This document shows positions 1 through 55,937 of a DNA stretch of 64,000 nucleotides, in pieces; the stretch's first letter is position 1, and the number at the start of each line of letters is the position of its first letter. Both the position numbers and the translations under genes were made by a program. Origin of the DNA: Phoronis australis (taxonomy: Eukaryota > Animalia > Phoronida); NCBI GenBank assembly GCA_002633005.1, contig NMRA01000157.1:1-64000 (forward strand), given 5' to 3'. Under the pieces are notes generated by a model. The model did no database searches. It was not told where the DNA came from and saw only the letters and a program-made list of their open reading frames with translations.

Positions 1-779
1 AAATTAGACCGGGGAAGGAGGCCAAAAACGGCGGTTTAGCTAGTTGTCCCTTCCTGGTTATCTCTTCCTGATACTACTTAATTGTGTCATACCTCTATGT
101 ATTTTATTTTCATTGATGAATTTTTTACAACCCAGATATAATGCTTCGCGATTTCTGGGTTTGTCATTATTTCTTTGTATGTTCTGTGTATTCTTCAATA
201 AATATTTTTCACTTTAAAAAAATTACCCCAATATTGCAACTCTCATCCTCTCCTCTCTAAAGCCAAATGTACACTGCCCACCCAAGTGTATGGAAAACAA
301 GCCAGCACACACACCAGTTCATACACAAATGTGGGTCAGGTGATATGCAAATCTCATTCAGCCTACAAACAGCTATGGATAAACATGTGGTCATGAGGCT
401 CCCTGAGATAAAAAACGTAAAATATTTTACAGTTGGGTATAAATAACACTTCTCTCATTATCGTCTATAAGAAAATTGGAATGATATCCCAATTTCAGAA
501 TAATGTCTTGAAAAATGACCTGTCTTCATCAACAGGTTATAATAGTTACTGTAATTTGCACCTTTCAAACATTCTCACTGGCAATTTTTAATCAACCACC
601 AATGCACTGTACATTTTGTTACTGTTTTTCATTGTAGTTCTCATGTAGTATTAGGTAACAGCATGTCTTGAAATGCCAATGCAGTATCCGCATCACGCGT
701 GTTTATGCACTGACCAAAAGGTTAGTGTGCAGTCATGTGACGCGGATATTATAGGAAATATATTTGGGCAAGAAGTGTG

Positions 780-1400
780 GGTTAAATTTTAATTGTCGTG
801 TGTTGGCCTTGATTGCTTCGCTGGCTTATAACATTGCCCAATAGAAAAGAATTTAGCATAAAATATTATTGAAATTGCCGTCAAGTAAATATATCAGATC
901 AGTGTGTGTTATACCATTAAACCTGAACTGTAATGGCAGTGGCAATGTGGCTTTTGTCAGATCGCGTGTGGTGTAAGTAAGATGATGTTGCAGTTTGAAG
1001 AAAGTTCTGTATGGTACCGTAAACAAGTTTCTGAATGACTGATTGTTGGCTGGTAGGAACAGCAAGTCAATACGGGAAATTTGTGTTGAACATTTGTCTC
1101 TGGATGTCTTGTAAATGAAAAGAATCACTGAGATACTAGATTTTGTTGGAGGCAGACGTTTCGGCCTGGTCTACCAGGCGTTTGGCGATGTCTGAAGTAT
1201 TTCCGGCAATTCGCTTGGTAAGGATGTCTGTGTAAAGGGGAGGTAACTACACACCACTTTCTAGATTCAACAGGGTGAGCTGGGTCCTGATTTTGATGGA
1301 TTACTTGATTTGCTGGGCATACTTAAGTTCTGTCGGTGATCTTATTTATGCATCCGTCTCAGGATCACAACTAACGAGTGGGAGACAGGATTATGGGTGC
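780..1400 (-). mobile_element. Degenerate Penelope-like retroelement fragment (pseudo-LTR junction)
   Basis: On the minus strand, about 1330-1215 reads QIK*SIKIRTQLTLLNLESGV*LPPLYTDIL, matching the Penelope GIY-YIG C-terminal pattern (KIKEAIxIR..LNRDxG..LPxIY..IL) with nonsense changes. It is followed by a hairpin plus GAAACGTC (1196-1152) and then an ORF remnant (FKLQHHLTY..LPLPLQFRF) resembling a PLE N-terminus. Confidence 0.65.
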
Positions 1401-2948
1401 AAATATGCCATAAAGGCTGAAAAGAGCCAAAATACTAACGAACACCCCTATCCATCAAGGCACTATGTAATTAACAAATTCATTGAATGTAACACTAAAA
1501 CAATAAATATGAAACGCTAACTTACACTTTTGGCAGGTCATTGCAAAACAGCAAAGGGGTAGCCATGTTGAATACAATGCAAGCATCAGGAGGCGTCACC
1601 GTAGGGTCCAAACGACTGCTTGTCGCAGTACAAATTTGTTAGATGGTCTGTCCCTGTACTTCACTACTGAAAATCCTAACTTGATACTCAGGGAATAATG
1701 CGTTGGGATGGCAGTTTTTGTGAAGCAATGCATATTTTGGTTAGGCAATCATGCTTGCGTTTAATGTTCATTTAAGTCACATTACGTTTATTTGCATATA
1801 ATGTTCATGTATTGAGTAGAAAACTGAACATTGACCTGTGAATTTTTCATGTTTGCTCTGCTAGTGACATAGTTTTTACATGATAACATGCTATTTTTTA
1901 CACAAATTGCATGCTTCTTGAACAAATTACACACTTTTCTTAGCTCGCAGAATGTAGAATTCTAACCTGGGTGTGCTGGTTCCTCACTGCATGCCACTTA
2001 CCGATTACCATGGGCCCTTGCCATACATTGATATGCTAACCAAGCTTTGTAGCACCCTGTTTCTAAGCCAGTTGAAGTGAGAGGTCTTTATCCTACGGAA
2101 ACTTTACACATTTGAAGTTAATTTTAAAAATCCAACCCAGTTAAAAAGCTTGACATTTACTATGTTACAGTCAACAATTGAGATTTGTATGTTTCAAATA
2201 GATTCAAATGGATGTTGCTCCCCCTAATAAGAAATAATTTTTGGTGAGAAGCTGATGACCATTACCTTATTAACTTTTTGTTGACGATATTTGTATATAT
2301 AAGTCAACGTTTTAAAACTTTGGTGCATTATCAAGAGAATGTAAAGACTTGGTATGTTTGCACTCAGAATGGGGCAGCACTGGTCAGTGTTCAGGCGTTA
2401 TCTGTAATCAGGTAATGAGAATGTTTACCTACTGTCATCTGTCAAACTACTTGATTGACGTAGTATGATGGTGAATAGATGAAACAACTAGTTTTGTTAC
2501 TTTGTATGTTGCTCCAGCCACTGTCACGCAGATGAGTGCCACTGTGGCACTGGTCCCCTGACACCTGAGCATTTACTGCAGAGCTGCCCTACTTTCAATA
2601 CCCAAGGGGTGAGACATGGCCCAGTCTGGTGGAACTCAAGGTAAAACCGTGGGGCCTGACGGCATCGTTGCGGCAAACTGCAGACTTCGCCCAAAAGACC
2701 AGACTGACTATCTGAGCTACATGGCCGGGAATGCTGAAGAAGAAGAAGAAGTTGCTACTCCTACTGGAAATGATGGAAATAATGAACCCGCCTTGTAGTA
2801 GTTGTGCAACTCGTGATACAATAAATGGGTGCTTATCTATGCATCAAGTTGTCTCTAATTGAAAAATAAAACAGGTCGTAGCCTGCAGTTTGGTCTTTTT
2901 TTGCTATAAACTATTTTTTGATGGTGGCAATTACTCTTTTTATTGCAG

Positions 2949-46899
<43,951 letters not shown>

Positions 46900-47231
46900 A
46901 AGAGTGACAACTATTTTGTAGAGGTGTTGAGTGCAACTGATATTAATTTGTATATTGCAGCATGACTTCCACATATTAAATCTGCTTTAGACTGTTTGTT
47001 ATTGCTTGAGATCAGTATCAACAAGTTGGATTGACTGGAAAATATTAACCAAAGGTAGTCTCATCACTGAACACTAAATGGCGCTACAAGTTGCTACATT
47101 GAGACTCCAAATATTGACAATTGCCACCTCAGGTAACAGATCTCTAAAAAGCCTTTTCACTGATATGTCCACATGATTGCCTGCTGTGTATTAACTAGCT
47201 CGCCTCAATCAAGTTTGAAGTGATGTCAAAA

Positions 47232-47237
47232 AATAAA
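47232..47237 (+). promoter_or_regulatory. Candidate ATM polyadenylation signal
   Basis: AATAAA about 330 nt after the ATM stop; an ATTAAA also occurs near 46975. Confidence 0.4.
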
Positions 47238-47387
47238 CTATTGCACACTAATTTTGCAGATTTGCTTCAATTCAACTTAAAAAATTAGATTTAAAAGTAA
47301 ATCTAATTTTCAGTCGTAGCAATGATTAAGAACAAAATTCTTTAGCCCGTAATCCACACTGTTCTTCGTGTCAGATTTCGGCCCACT

Positions 47388-50300
47388 TCATCTGTAAATC
47401 ATTGACGACATGTTTTCATCTGGCCTATTTTCTCCCATGTATTTCTGCAAGCAAAATGTACAGTTTAACAGTTTAATTCAGTTGAGATGTTGAATCCTTT
47501 GTTTTATATGTTGATACTGTACACGCCAAGAGTAATCGCACAAAATGCCACGTTTCGTCATGACTGTTGAATGACGCTTGTACTCGGCCATCATGACGGA
47601 ATTCTGGGTCATTTTGTCTCATTATTTTTATCGTGTGCTGTTAAGTTCGAAACACTGTTTGGGTTTGCGTTAAGGTCCGAAAATGTTTCTCTGAAACTTT
47701 TCCATTTAGCCTTGATAAGAATGACCTTACAATTAATACGAACTCAAAAATCACTAGGGGGCGCTAGTGTAAGAAGGATCTCGTAGAANATACATGCATT
47801 CTGATAATGATGTGGGACCCTGATGCTGACTGTGAACTCCTTGCTGCTCTAGATCTGTCTGTATGTTAAAAAGTGGGAAAGATTGATGTACTTCTGATGT
47901 TATGTAGGACCCTAGAAAAAAGTCCATGTTTGACTATCTTAGGAAAATTATGTCAGAAATGACTGTTGAATGAAACTTTCACAATATTATGCTTCACGCA
48001 TTATTCTCTAGAACCCTGTTAGAAGTTGTTTTTAAAATATTTTACGTTTGCATGAGGGGCTAATAAAAGTAGGACTTCATAACTTTCATAAAATGAAATA
48101 TCTAAGAAACCTGACAGCATTCTTGACAATTTGCTCTGTTGTTGATAACGTTTTGCTATCAACGCTCCTTTCCTTTTCGCAACATCAATTTTATTAAAAA
48201 GTCACAGTCATGTAACCCAATTAATGTCAGATTCATAAATAGTCCTAAATCAATTTTACAGGCTTTTTACTTTCAAAAAATATATTTTTTTACTTACTAA
48301 TAGTTAAAATCTAAGTTTTGTAGATATTTAGCTATTGCAGACTTGTCATGAAGGCCCTACATAACCTAAATTATAAGTTATGCACTATTTTTGATTCATG
48401 CATAATCATTGCAATTCATCTTGTAATGCAACGTAAAACAGTGTTGTTTAATAGTGCACGACCGTATTTTGTATATATTTGTAGATTGCGCAGCATGCTT
48501 CCTCTAGTTAGCAGTTCCACTTACCAAGGAATTGCTGAGTTCGTTGTTAAAACGTAGTCTTGTTAGTCTTCCAATAACTTCTTGGAATCTTGCTATGTTC
48601 TGCAATAAAGTTTATTTTGTTACTGGAAAATTGTCGTGCATTTAATATTGTTTTAAATGCTCTGTGTGTATAAACTGGTCCATTTACTAACTGAAAAAAT
48701 AAAGAACACGGTATTAAACGGCCAACAATTCCTTTTGAAGGCACAAATTTCACGGAAATGCGCTGAAGTTGTAAAAACTTCGATAGGACCTTATATATTT
48801 CATGGCAAGCCTAGAGCAAATATGAGGTCCTTCAAATGTAGTTTATATATTAAGTAAAAAACCTTAAATTGGCGCAAGGGGCGACCACAAATTTTTAACA
48901 GTCACAATGTAGCCGAATGAAGCTCTAATTTGGTTGTGTTGAAAGCACAGACTTCAAGTTTCAATAAATAAGTTTGAGGTCACGAACTGGGCTTACAAGA
49001 AATTCAAAACATGCAGACTATAGTATATATTGTGTACAATGTTATGCAAATCCTAGAATAAAAACTTTTAAAAAAGATTCCAAGCAAAACTAAGGTTTTT
49101 GATATGGCACAGCATGTGACCTTATAGTAGACCTCCTGCTGCAATCCAAGTTTAAACTAATTCCTTTCTGCTTGTAAATACACCAGTGCACAGTGTACTA
49201 CCAATAACCGATGTACGAAAGCCTTTAACATCCAGCTCATGCAAATAAAACACCCTTGTATTTATCACCTATGAAACAAATACACAAACTGACAAAAAGG
49301 GAAACCATTCACGAACCCATACGTACACACAACATGGACAAATAAAGTAATTGGCAATATTGCCTTTTTTCATTTTGCAAGGGCTTCTAATGATGTGAGT
49401 GCCCCAATCTTTCTAAAATATTGCTATGGTACAGACCTTGAATGTGCAAAAGCATTACTTAAGTGGGAAATTATGGAAAAAATGAAAAAATAAAATTTCA
49501 TGTATCTACCATGTCGAGTCCAAAATTGGTGAGATTTTAGCGGACATCTTTCAACTTTCCCGTGTGTTCACTTGAGGTAACCACTATATGTGGGTGATTG
49601 AACAGCCTTGCCCCAGCTTGTTCATTGGACTGGCGCAGGTGGGCCTGGTGTCTTGCTAAGACGACTACATGTACTACAGGCATGTCATAATGCAGTACTC
49701 GCCTGTTTTGACCCATCCTGCTCATTAGCCTGTCCCAGGTGGGCCTTGTGTCCGGGCAAGATGACCAGGTTGGTTGGGGTACCTTCCACTTGTAACAATT
49801 GAATCATTGTTGAGAGAAACGGGTCGCAGATCTCTTTGTAGCCAGGCAATGACGGATAGTCGTCCAGTACTAAAAGAAAATGCCCGGGTTAAAGCACTGA
49901 AAATCAATTACAACTTAATATTGCACTTTTTTAATTAATCATGTTTACAGCATTTCAAGAAATTTTCAAAGCTCCCTTTTGATCTAACTTTCCATGATGA
50001 CACACACAAAATTTATTTTCCATCCACTACAAATATGCAAAAATTATACAATCTGGTAAGGTTAAAAACAGCACAGCTGGGACTGGTCTGCACCTGACTC
50101 ATTTTTGATACCAGTGTCTCGAACAAAAAACAGACCAGAAACTGTTAAGCTACTTTGTGTTGTAGACACTGCAATGACATCAACATCAACTACTTGTATT
50201 CATACACATGTATAGATATGACGCATCATACTACTGATACAAGAACCTAGTAGAAAAACAAGACATCACAACATATCACCACACATAACAAGCCAACCGA

Positions 50301-53300
50301 GTGACCACTCTTATTCGCGAAATTCTTGCATGTGTGGAAAACAACACACACTTGTTTCATAAACATTGAGATAGGCACGTCAAACAGTATTAACAAGCAA
50401 TCTCAACACCAAGGACTTCATTAAATTTAAAAGAGTGGACTACTTAGTGTAACAGGGCCCAGGTGGCAGAACACGTCTTCGTTGCCAAACAACCAATCAC
50501 AAGCCACTTACTCCGTTCTGTGAAGAAGCAGTTTTCAAATAGTTCATCCTGTTGTCGCTTTGGTAAGTCAAGTTTGAGAGATGACAGTAGTATTATCCTT
50601 TCTACTTTCCTGAAGAGTAACGGACGAAACGATGGGAACATTAAACAAAAGGCTACCACTGATGATGCACAAAGCAGGGAAGTTGAGATGGTCTATGCTC
50701 CAAATCGAGCAACGCCTGGGGAAATCTCACCAGTTCAGGACACAGTTTTGGAGGCAAATGAAATTTAGTTTATTAATAATTTCATTTAGTTTAATTTCAT
50801 TTTCTCATAAAAGATAAGTACCATCAAAACAAAGCTGCACTATTTTCAGGTTCTGTACCATAGCTAACATCATACAAAATTGTGGACATTCGCAAAAATG
50901 TTAGAAGGCAGTGAAAATGAAAAGTGGCAATTTTGACAATTATTTTTGTCCAGAAAACTAACAAAATTTTACCATACCACTACCCCTAATATAACAGCAC
51001 TACAATTTGGCAACAAAATTTAAGGCTCAAAAATATTAAGCTTCTATAACAGGCACTTGCAGTATAGAACATGAGATCTGTAATGATGAGTCAGTAAATT
51101 TTAAGCAGCTTACCATTTGGCACACAGATCCAGAAATGCGTTGGCAACATAATGGCACTTGTTACCCGGCAATACGGTATTTATTACCACGATGGAAAAC
51201 TGGAATTGAGAAACATTTCAAACAAAGCAATAGAGCACGGGTGGAACACACATTTTTTTAAACATTTTGATTCAATTTGATTCTGTTTAGGAGGAACTTG
51301 AATACTTGAAACAACATTTCAGAAAAAAGTGCATAAAGTACTATGTATTATCTGAAACTTTCATTTGAATCTGGTCAGCCCTTTGTGATATACGAAGTTA
51401 GCGAAATTTAGATATGTTTCTAGTATCCAACATAACCTTACTATAATATGCAAAACTAAGTCTTATGTCTCTTTAATTTCAGTTGTAAACAAAAATACGA
51501 GGTGATAATAAGTTTTGTAACAAAATTCTCTTAGACTAGTTTGGGACTGTCTCAGTGAAAAATTAGTAGGAGCTTGTACCAAATTTTAGAAATAGCTGTT
51601 TCAATTTCAAGAAGTACATGTATGAGAAAATCAGGAAAATTTGAGTGTCTGAAATTTTGAAATTGACATAGTAGTGCATTACCAGCTACGCATCTTTCAA
51701 ATAAATGGTTAGATTGAGATATAAGGTTAATATGCTAATATCGCCCATGTCCCGAACCATAACATGGCTTGAACTTCAGTCTCAAAGTTTAGAGATTGTC
51801 CCAAACTGGAGATTTTTTTACTGTACTTAAGGTCAAATAGGAAACAGTATTATGAATTTTCACTAAGAACGAACAGTCTATACAAGGGTGGACACAATCT
51901 GCTATGCGCCAAGATTTTTTGCACACGAGTACCATTCAACTTGATAGAACAAGTTAGAACGTTACTCCAACAAAAGTTTGGTATTATAACAAAGCACAGT
52001 TCAAAGAAACTAAAACTGAACAATGAGGAATTGCACTCAATACAAACCATAAACAGAAACACAAAATTAATTCAATTAACACACACGTATGGTTAAAATC
52101 AAGTTTGGCACACAGCATGGGATTCTTGCTCTGGACGAAATTGTGGTGGAACACAATACGCTCATGTCTGGAAACAGCCTTGGTTAAGTCTACAATCTAA
52201 CATTAGATGACTAATGATAAGCGGCTGAGACTTAATGTGCTTTTTCTCCTATTGCATGCATTTTGTGTAATGTTACGGTAAAATCCCATCAGCTTCGAAC
52301 AAGTGCTAAAATTGCCTTTTTCATTTTTCAAGGGCTTCTAACTTTAATAATTTCTCGAACAATATTCATTTGTAAAACGGTAGCTATTGAACATGCCTTG
52401 AAGATGGAAAATCATTAATTTGGTACTATGTATCTTTCATGCAAAAAATGAGAAATAAAATTTCACTTGTCGGCCATATTGTGTCCTGAACTGGTGAGAT
52501 TTTACTGCAGCGTGCAGTGCAAAAAATCCTATTTAAAATTTGCTTGCATAATTACTGGATCTTCAGCCATTTTCAAAAAGGCATCGGGGTACTGAGACTA
52601 GTGAGAATTTTACAATTTCACAGAATGCAGCTAGGTCCAATGAATAGTCAGATGAGCTGTTTTTCGAGATGACATTTTAAGATGTACATCCACTTTGCAA
52701 ATTTGGTTACCCAAAGACAATTCAATTAGTTAATTTTTTCAAATTACATTATCAAAATAATAAATTTATTCTACAATTTTTCAGATTTAAAAACCATACA
52801 AGATCAATGTATCCAATGTTGCCTTAATTTGAATTAAGAATTAGAACGACCGATCATTTTTGTGTGACAAACAGACAAGTATGCAAGCAGACATCTGAAC
52901 GAGAATGTGAATCTTCATACAAAACTTACACCTAAGTCCTCTTGACCCTGTAAGAAACAGTGATCGTAAGTATTTGTAGAGCGTTTCATGAACACTATGA
53001 TCTATTATACAATGCAGGGATGAAATAGGAGAGTAACAGAGGATCCAGACTATATGCCAACTGTAAACCTTGACCTCTTTTAACAGCAGTGTTATGAGTG
53101 ACTTTCAGTCGTACCAAGGAAAGGGGAAATTTGGGGTCATCTGCAAGTGAAAGTGTATAACAGTTATGAGTGTAACGCAGCAAGACTTTCTGATGCGAAA
53201 CATGCTTCCTTCGAGAAAATGCGAAATGTGTGAGTTTGAACCAACTTCTTTCACACATCTCTAAGCTAATGTTTGTCAAATCAATGTCAGCATCACTTAC

Positions 53301-54748
53301 GTGAAGAAATATTATGCAAAACTGCCTGTGTTTAGATTACCTGTGTTTAGATTGCCTGTGTTTAGATAGCCTGTGTTTAGATTGCCTGTGTTTAGATTGC
53401 TCCAACAATTTCTGAAAGTCACTCTGCAGCTCTTCAACTGGCAATATGCTTAATTATAATTGTTGTTAAAAAGAGTGCAGGTGGTCTGATGTTTTTTTGT
53501 GATAGATCAGATATGCGCCAGCTAGAGTTGGGTCCACAGCACAAAACCCTTGAGCGAAACTCAGAGAATTGAGCATCAGATTCTTCGTGAATTCAAAGTA
53601 ATTTTCGAACTTAGATAAGAAATTCATAAGATTTTTTTGTCATGAGCTTTACGGCACCATCCAGGTGTTTGTTCCTAAACCTAGTATGAAAAATGAACAA
53701 GACCCCCACTGGATGCTCAGATGTTTCGACATCTCGGTACATCGATCAGGACATATTGGACTATCCATGAAACCTGACGTATTGTTATCGTTACCTCTTC
53801 ATATTTACAGTTGAGAACCTGGAGTGGACGGAATTCCTGCTCAAAGGGAAGTGGTTTTGTGTCCCGTTCACAGGCTGGTGCATTCTGGGCCACTTCTGGC
53901 ACAGCGATGCCGTAGTACTCAATTCTCATGTCAAGGCCAAGTAACGCACGGCTGAAACAAACATTATTGAAAATAATGGAGATTTAACAGCTTACATTAC
54001 AAAGCGTGCTTGATAACAGTAAGATTTCGCCAATTTCCATCAAAAACAATTGCCAGGATTAATCTTTTATCATTTTCAAAAGGTTCTAATTTTGTTGTGA
54101 AGAGAAATGATGCCCACATACGAGTGCACATCATAGCGGCTGTGCAGAAATAGAGCTCACCATCATATTAGCATTCATGGCCAGGAATGAGGAGGAATCT
54201 AATGAAGAGCATGGCGCGAACGTCACTTGACCTCAGTGATGGGTCAATCCCAGCCATTTTCAAATTAGATGTCAATGACGCAGGGTTCTCCCAATGCAAA
54301 TAGCAAACTTATTTTCATGTCTAAATCTTTATTTCGCCTGTTTCACAGAAATTTTCTATACAATGGTTATGTAGAAGACATTACTTTCACTTGTGAAGGA
54401 AGACGTATCAGTTTTATAACAAAAAAACAACACTTAGAAGTTTGTTTGTGATGTAAAGCAGATTAAAAATCCGGCAGCGCCATGTTTGAATACATGAAGC
54501 AATAACACTTTTGCTGGTAAATCATATTTGACCATACTACTTTTACCATAAACTATTGAGCACCCAACCTTTTAGATGAACTCATTATCAAGATTTCAAG
54601 TATAAAATTAACTGCAGATTTGGTTGCTTGTGATTATCAACATCAGCACATGACTTCAACCAACCAACCTTCCAGCTGCACAAATGTCTGTGTATCCAAG
54701 GATAACCGTCTTCCTCAGATAAACTTCTCCAAGTTCTACTTGTTCCAT
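47388..54748 (-). CDS. Uncharacterised 239-aa PAC1/PAC2 (proteasome assembly chaperone)-like protein with C-terminal HbYX motif
   Basis: Seven phase-consistent minus-strand exons: 54748-54669, 53951-53795, 51199-51114, 50609-50512, 49869-49703 (GC donor), 48599-48525, 47444-47388 (720 nt). Protein: MEQVELGEVYLRKTVILGYTDICAAGSRALLGLDMRIEYYGIAVPEVAQNAPACERDTKPLPFEQEFRPLQVLNCKYEEFSIVVINTVLPGNKCHYVANAFLDLCAKWKVERIILLSSLKLDLPKRQQDELFENCFFTERILDDYPSLPGYKEICDPFLSTMIQLLQVEGTPTNLVILPGHKAHLGQANEQDGSKQNIARFQEVIGRLTRLRFNNELSNSLKYMGENRPDENMSSMIYR. The gene structure is well supported; the family assignment is by motif resemblance only. Confidence 0.8.
47751..47767 (+). promoter_or_regulatory. CTCF-consensus-like motif
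   Basis: TCACTAGGGGGCGCTAG closely matches the CTCF core CCACYAGRKGGCRS; motif match only. Confidence 0.45.
51537..51808. mobile_element. MITE-like element
   Basis: agtttgggactgtctc ... gagattgtcccaaact: 16-bp inverted termini with 2 mismatches. Confidence 0.5.
52310..52510 (+). repeat. Dispersed ~200-bp repeat family (related copies near 4750-4925, 46450-46540, 49360-49540, 63380-63595)
   Basis: Shared blocks 'ttttttcatttttcaagggcttctaa', 'aaaatttcacttgtcggccatattgtg' and 'ggtgagatttta'. Confidence 0.65.
53324..53400 (+). repeat. 15-bp tandem repeat, 5 copies
   Basis: (GCCTGTGTTTAGATT)5 with single substitutions. Confidence 0.92.
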
Positions 54749-55782
54749 GCTTATCTACAAAAATAAATATTCAGTGTTTATGGACAGGATACAGTGGGGC
54801 AAACGATATTTACGAGTTTGGTCGTGGCATAGTTCCAGATGTCCCGCTTTTTCTGATGCTGTTTTTTCATTTTCAAATGTTGGCAACTATGCATCGTTTG
54901 TGAAGGCTTAAGACCTTCGCACAGCAACATGCAGTGATTCTTTGTTTTGGCTAGCTCATTTAACATTTGACGACATGAGAATTTTGTCAGGTCGCACTTA
55001 GCCAGTTGACATGCAAAGCATCCAGCCCTGAGTGCGCCAGAAGCTTTTTGGTGAGTTATGCCTTGCCATGCCAACAGACAAGTAAAGAATGGAGGGGTGC
55101 CTTAAGTGACCGTTAATGTCTTTAAATCTTCCCAGCTCTAAAATAAACTTGGGGAAACATGTTTCTTTTCAAAACTTCTTTCATTTATCAACAAATTCGA
55201 GAACTGGCTATAGGTCTTGGTGGATCACTAGAGGTCGATACTTGTCCACCAGGATCGGCCCTCTTATAACTGCTGCCACCAAGAACTTAGTAGGCTGCAA
55301 AATAGCAATGTCAATGATTTAGTGTAAGAACGTACCAGAAAGAAATCTGGATTCATACAGTATTTAGCAAGTTGGGAGGATTTAAAGACATCAACAGCCT
55401 CTAATGAATCTCTCTATGCTTGAAAGGTACTTATAGCAATGAGACTTTGATGATTTTGCCAGAGTGAGATATAATTTGCCAACACGCTTAGTAGGCATGA
55501 CCAGGTTTGAACCTGTGCCTTTTGGGCGCACCTGATGATAAAAAGTGCGCCTTTTATCAAAAAGTTGTGCCCAGCAGACTTAGCGTAATTGAAGTGGTAA
55601 CATATGAAAGAGAAACCTAAGGGCAATCAGAATAAGTCATGTTAGGCTGTAAGTTGACTAGAATCTTGCATTTTTGGAAGAGTGTTGCGCCCAAGGGCGC
55701 ACAGCTACAATGTACTTGTGCCTTTTTTATTTTTTGATGAGCTAATGGCGCAAAGGCGCAGTCCAGGAATACTACAGTGTAC

Positions 55783-55937
55783 CTGTATACAGGTATGAGA
55801 GCTTATCTTAATGTTTTTAGCACATATCTCTGCCAGAAATATGTCTCATAACGTAGAATTGTCGTGAGCCGTGAGGACTTGACAGGGACCTCAGGGGTCT
55901 CACACTCCGCTGATTTATCCACAATTTTGTCTAACAT
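55783..55937 (-). other. Putative 5'UTR exon of the PAC-like gene, carrying a 44-codon uORF
   Basis: Acceptor ttttgtag|ATG at 55937 and donor acag|GTACAC at 55783. The ATG frame stops (TAA) at 55803 and no frame is open across the exon. Confidence 0.4.

Noticed and set aside
1-2948. ATM N-terminal (TAN) exons
   Set aside because: No segment with splice sites and ATM similarity was found; roughly the first 270 codons must lie upstream of the window.
55242-55294. First coding exon of the PAC-like gene (PTKFLVAAVIRGPILVD)
   Set aside because: Phase-compatible, but no upstream ATG could be spliced in frame; exon 54754-54669 supplies an ATG, good splice sites and a PAC2-like N-terminus.
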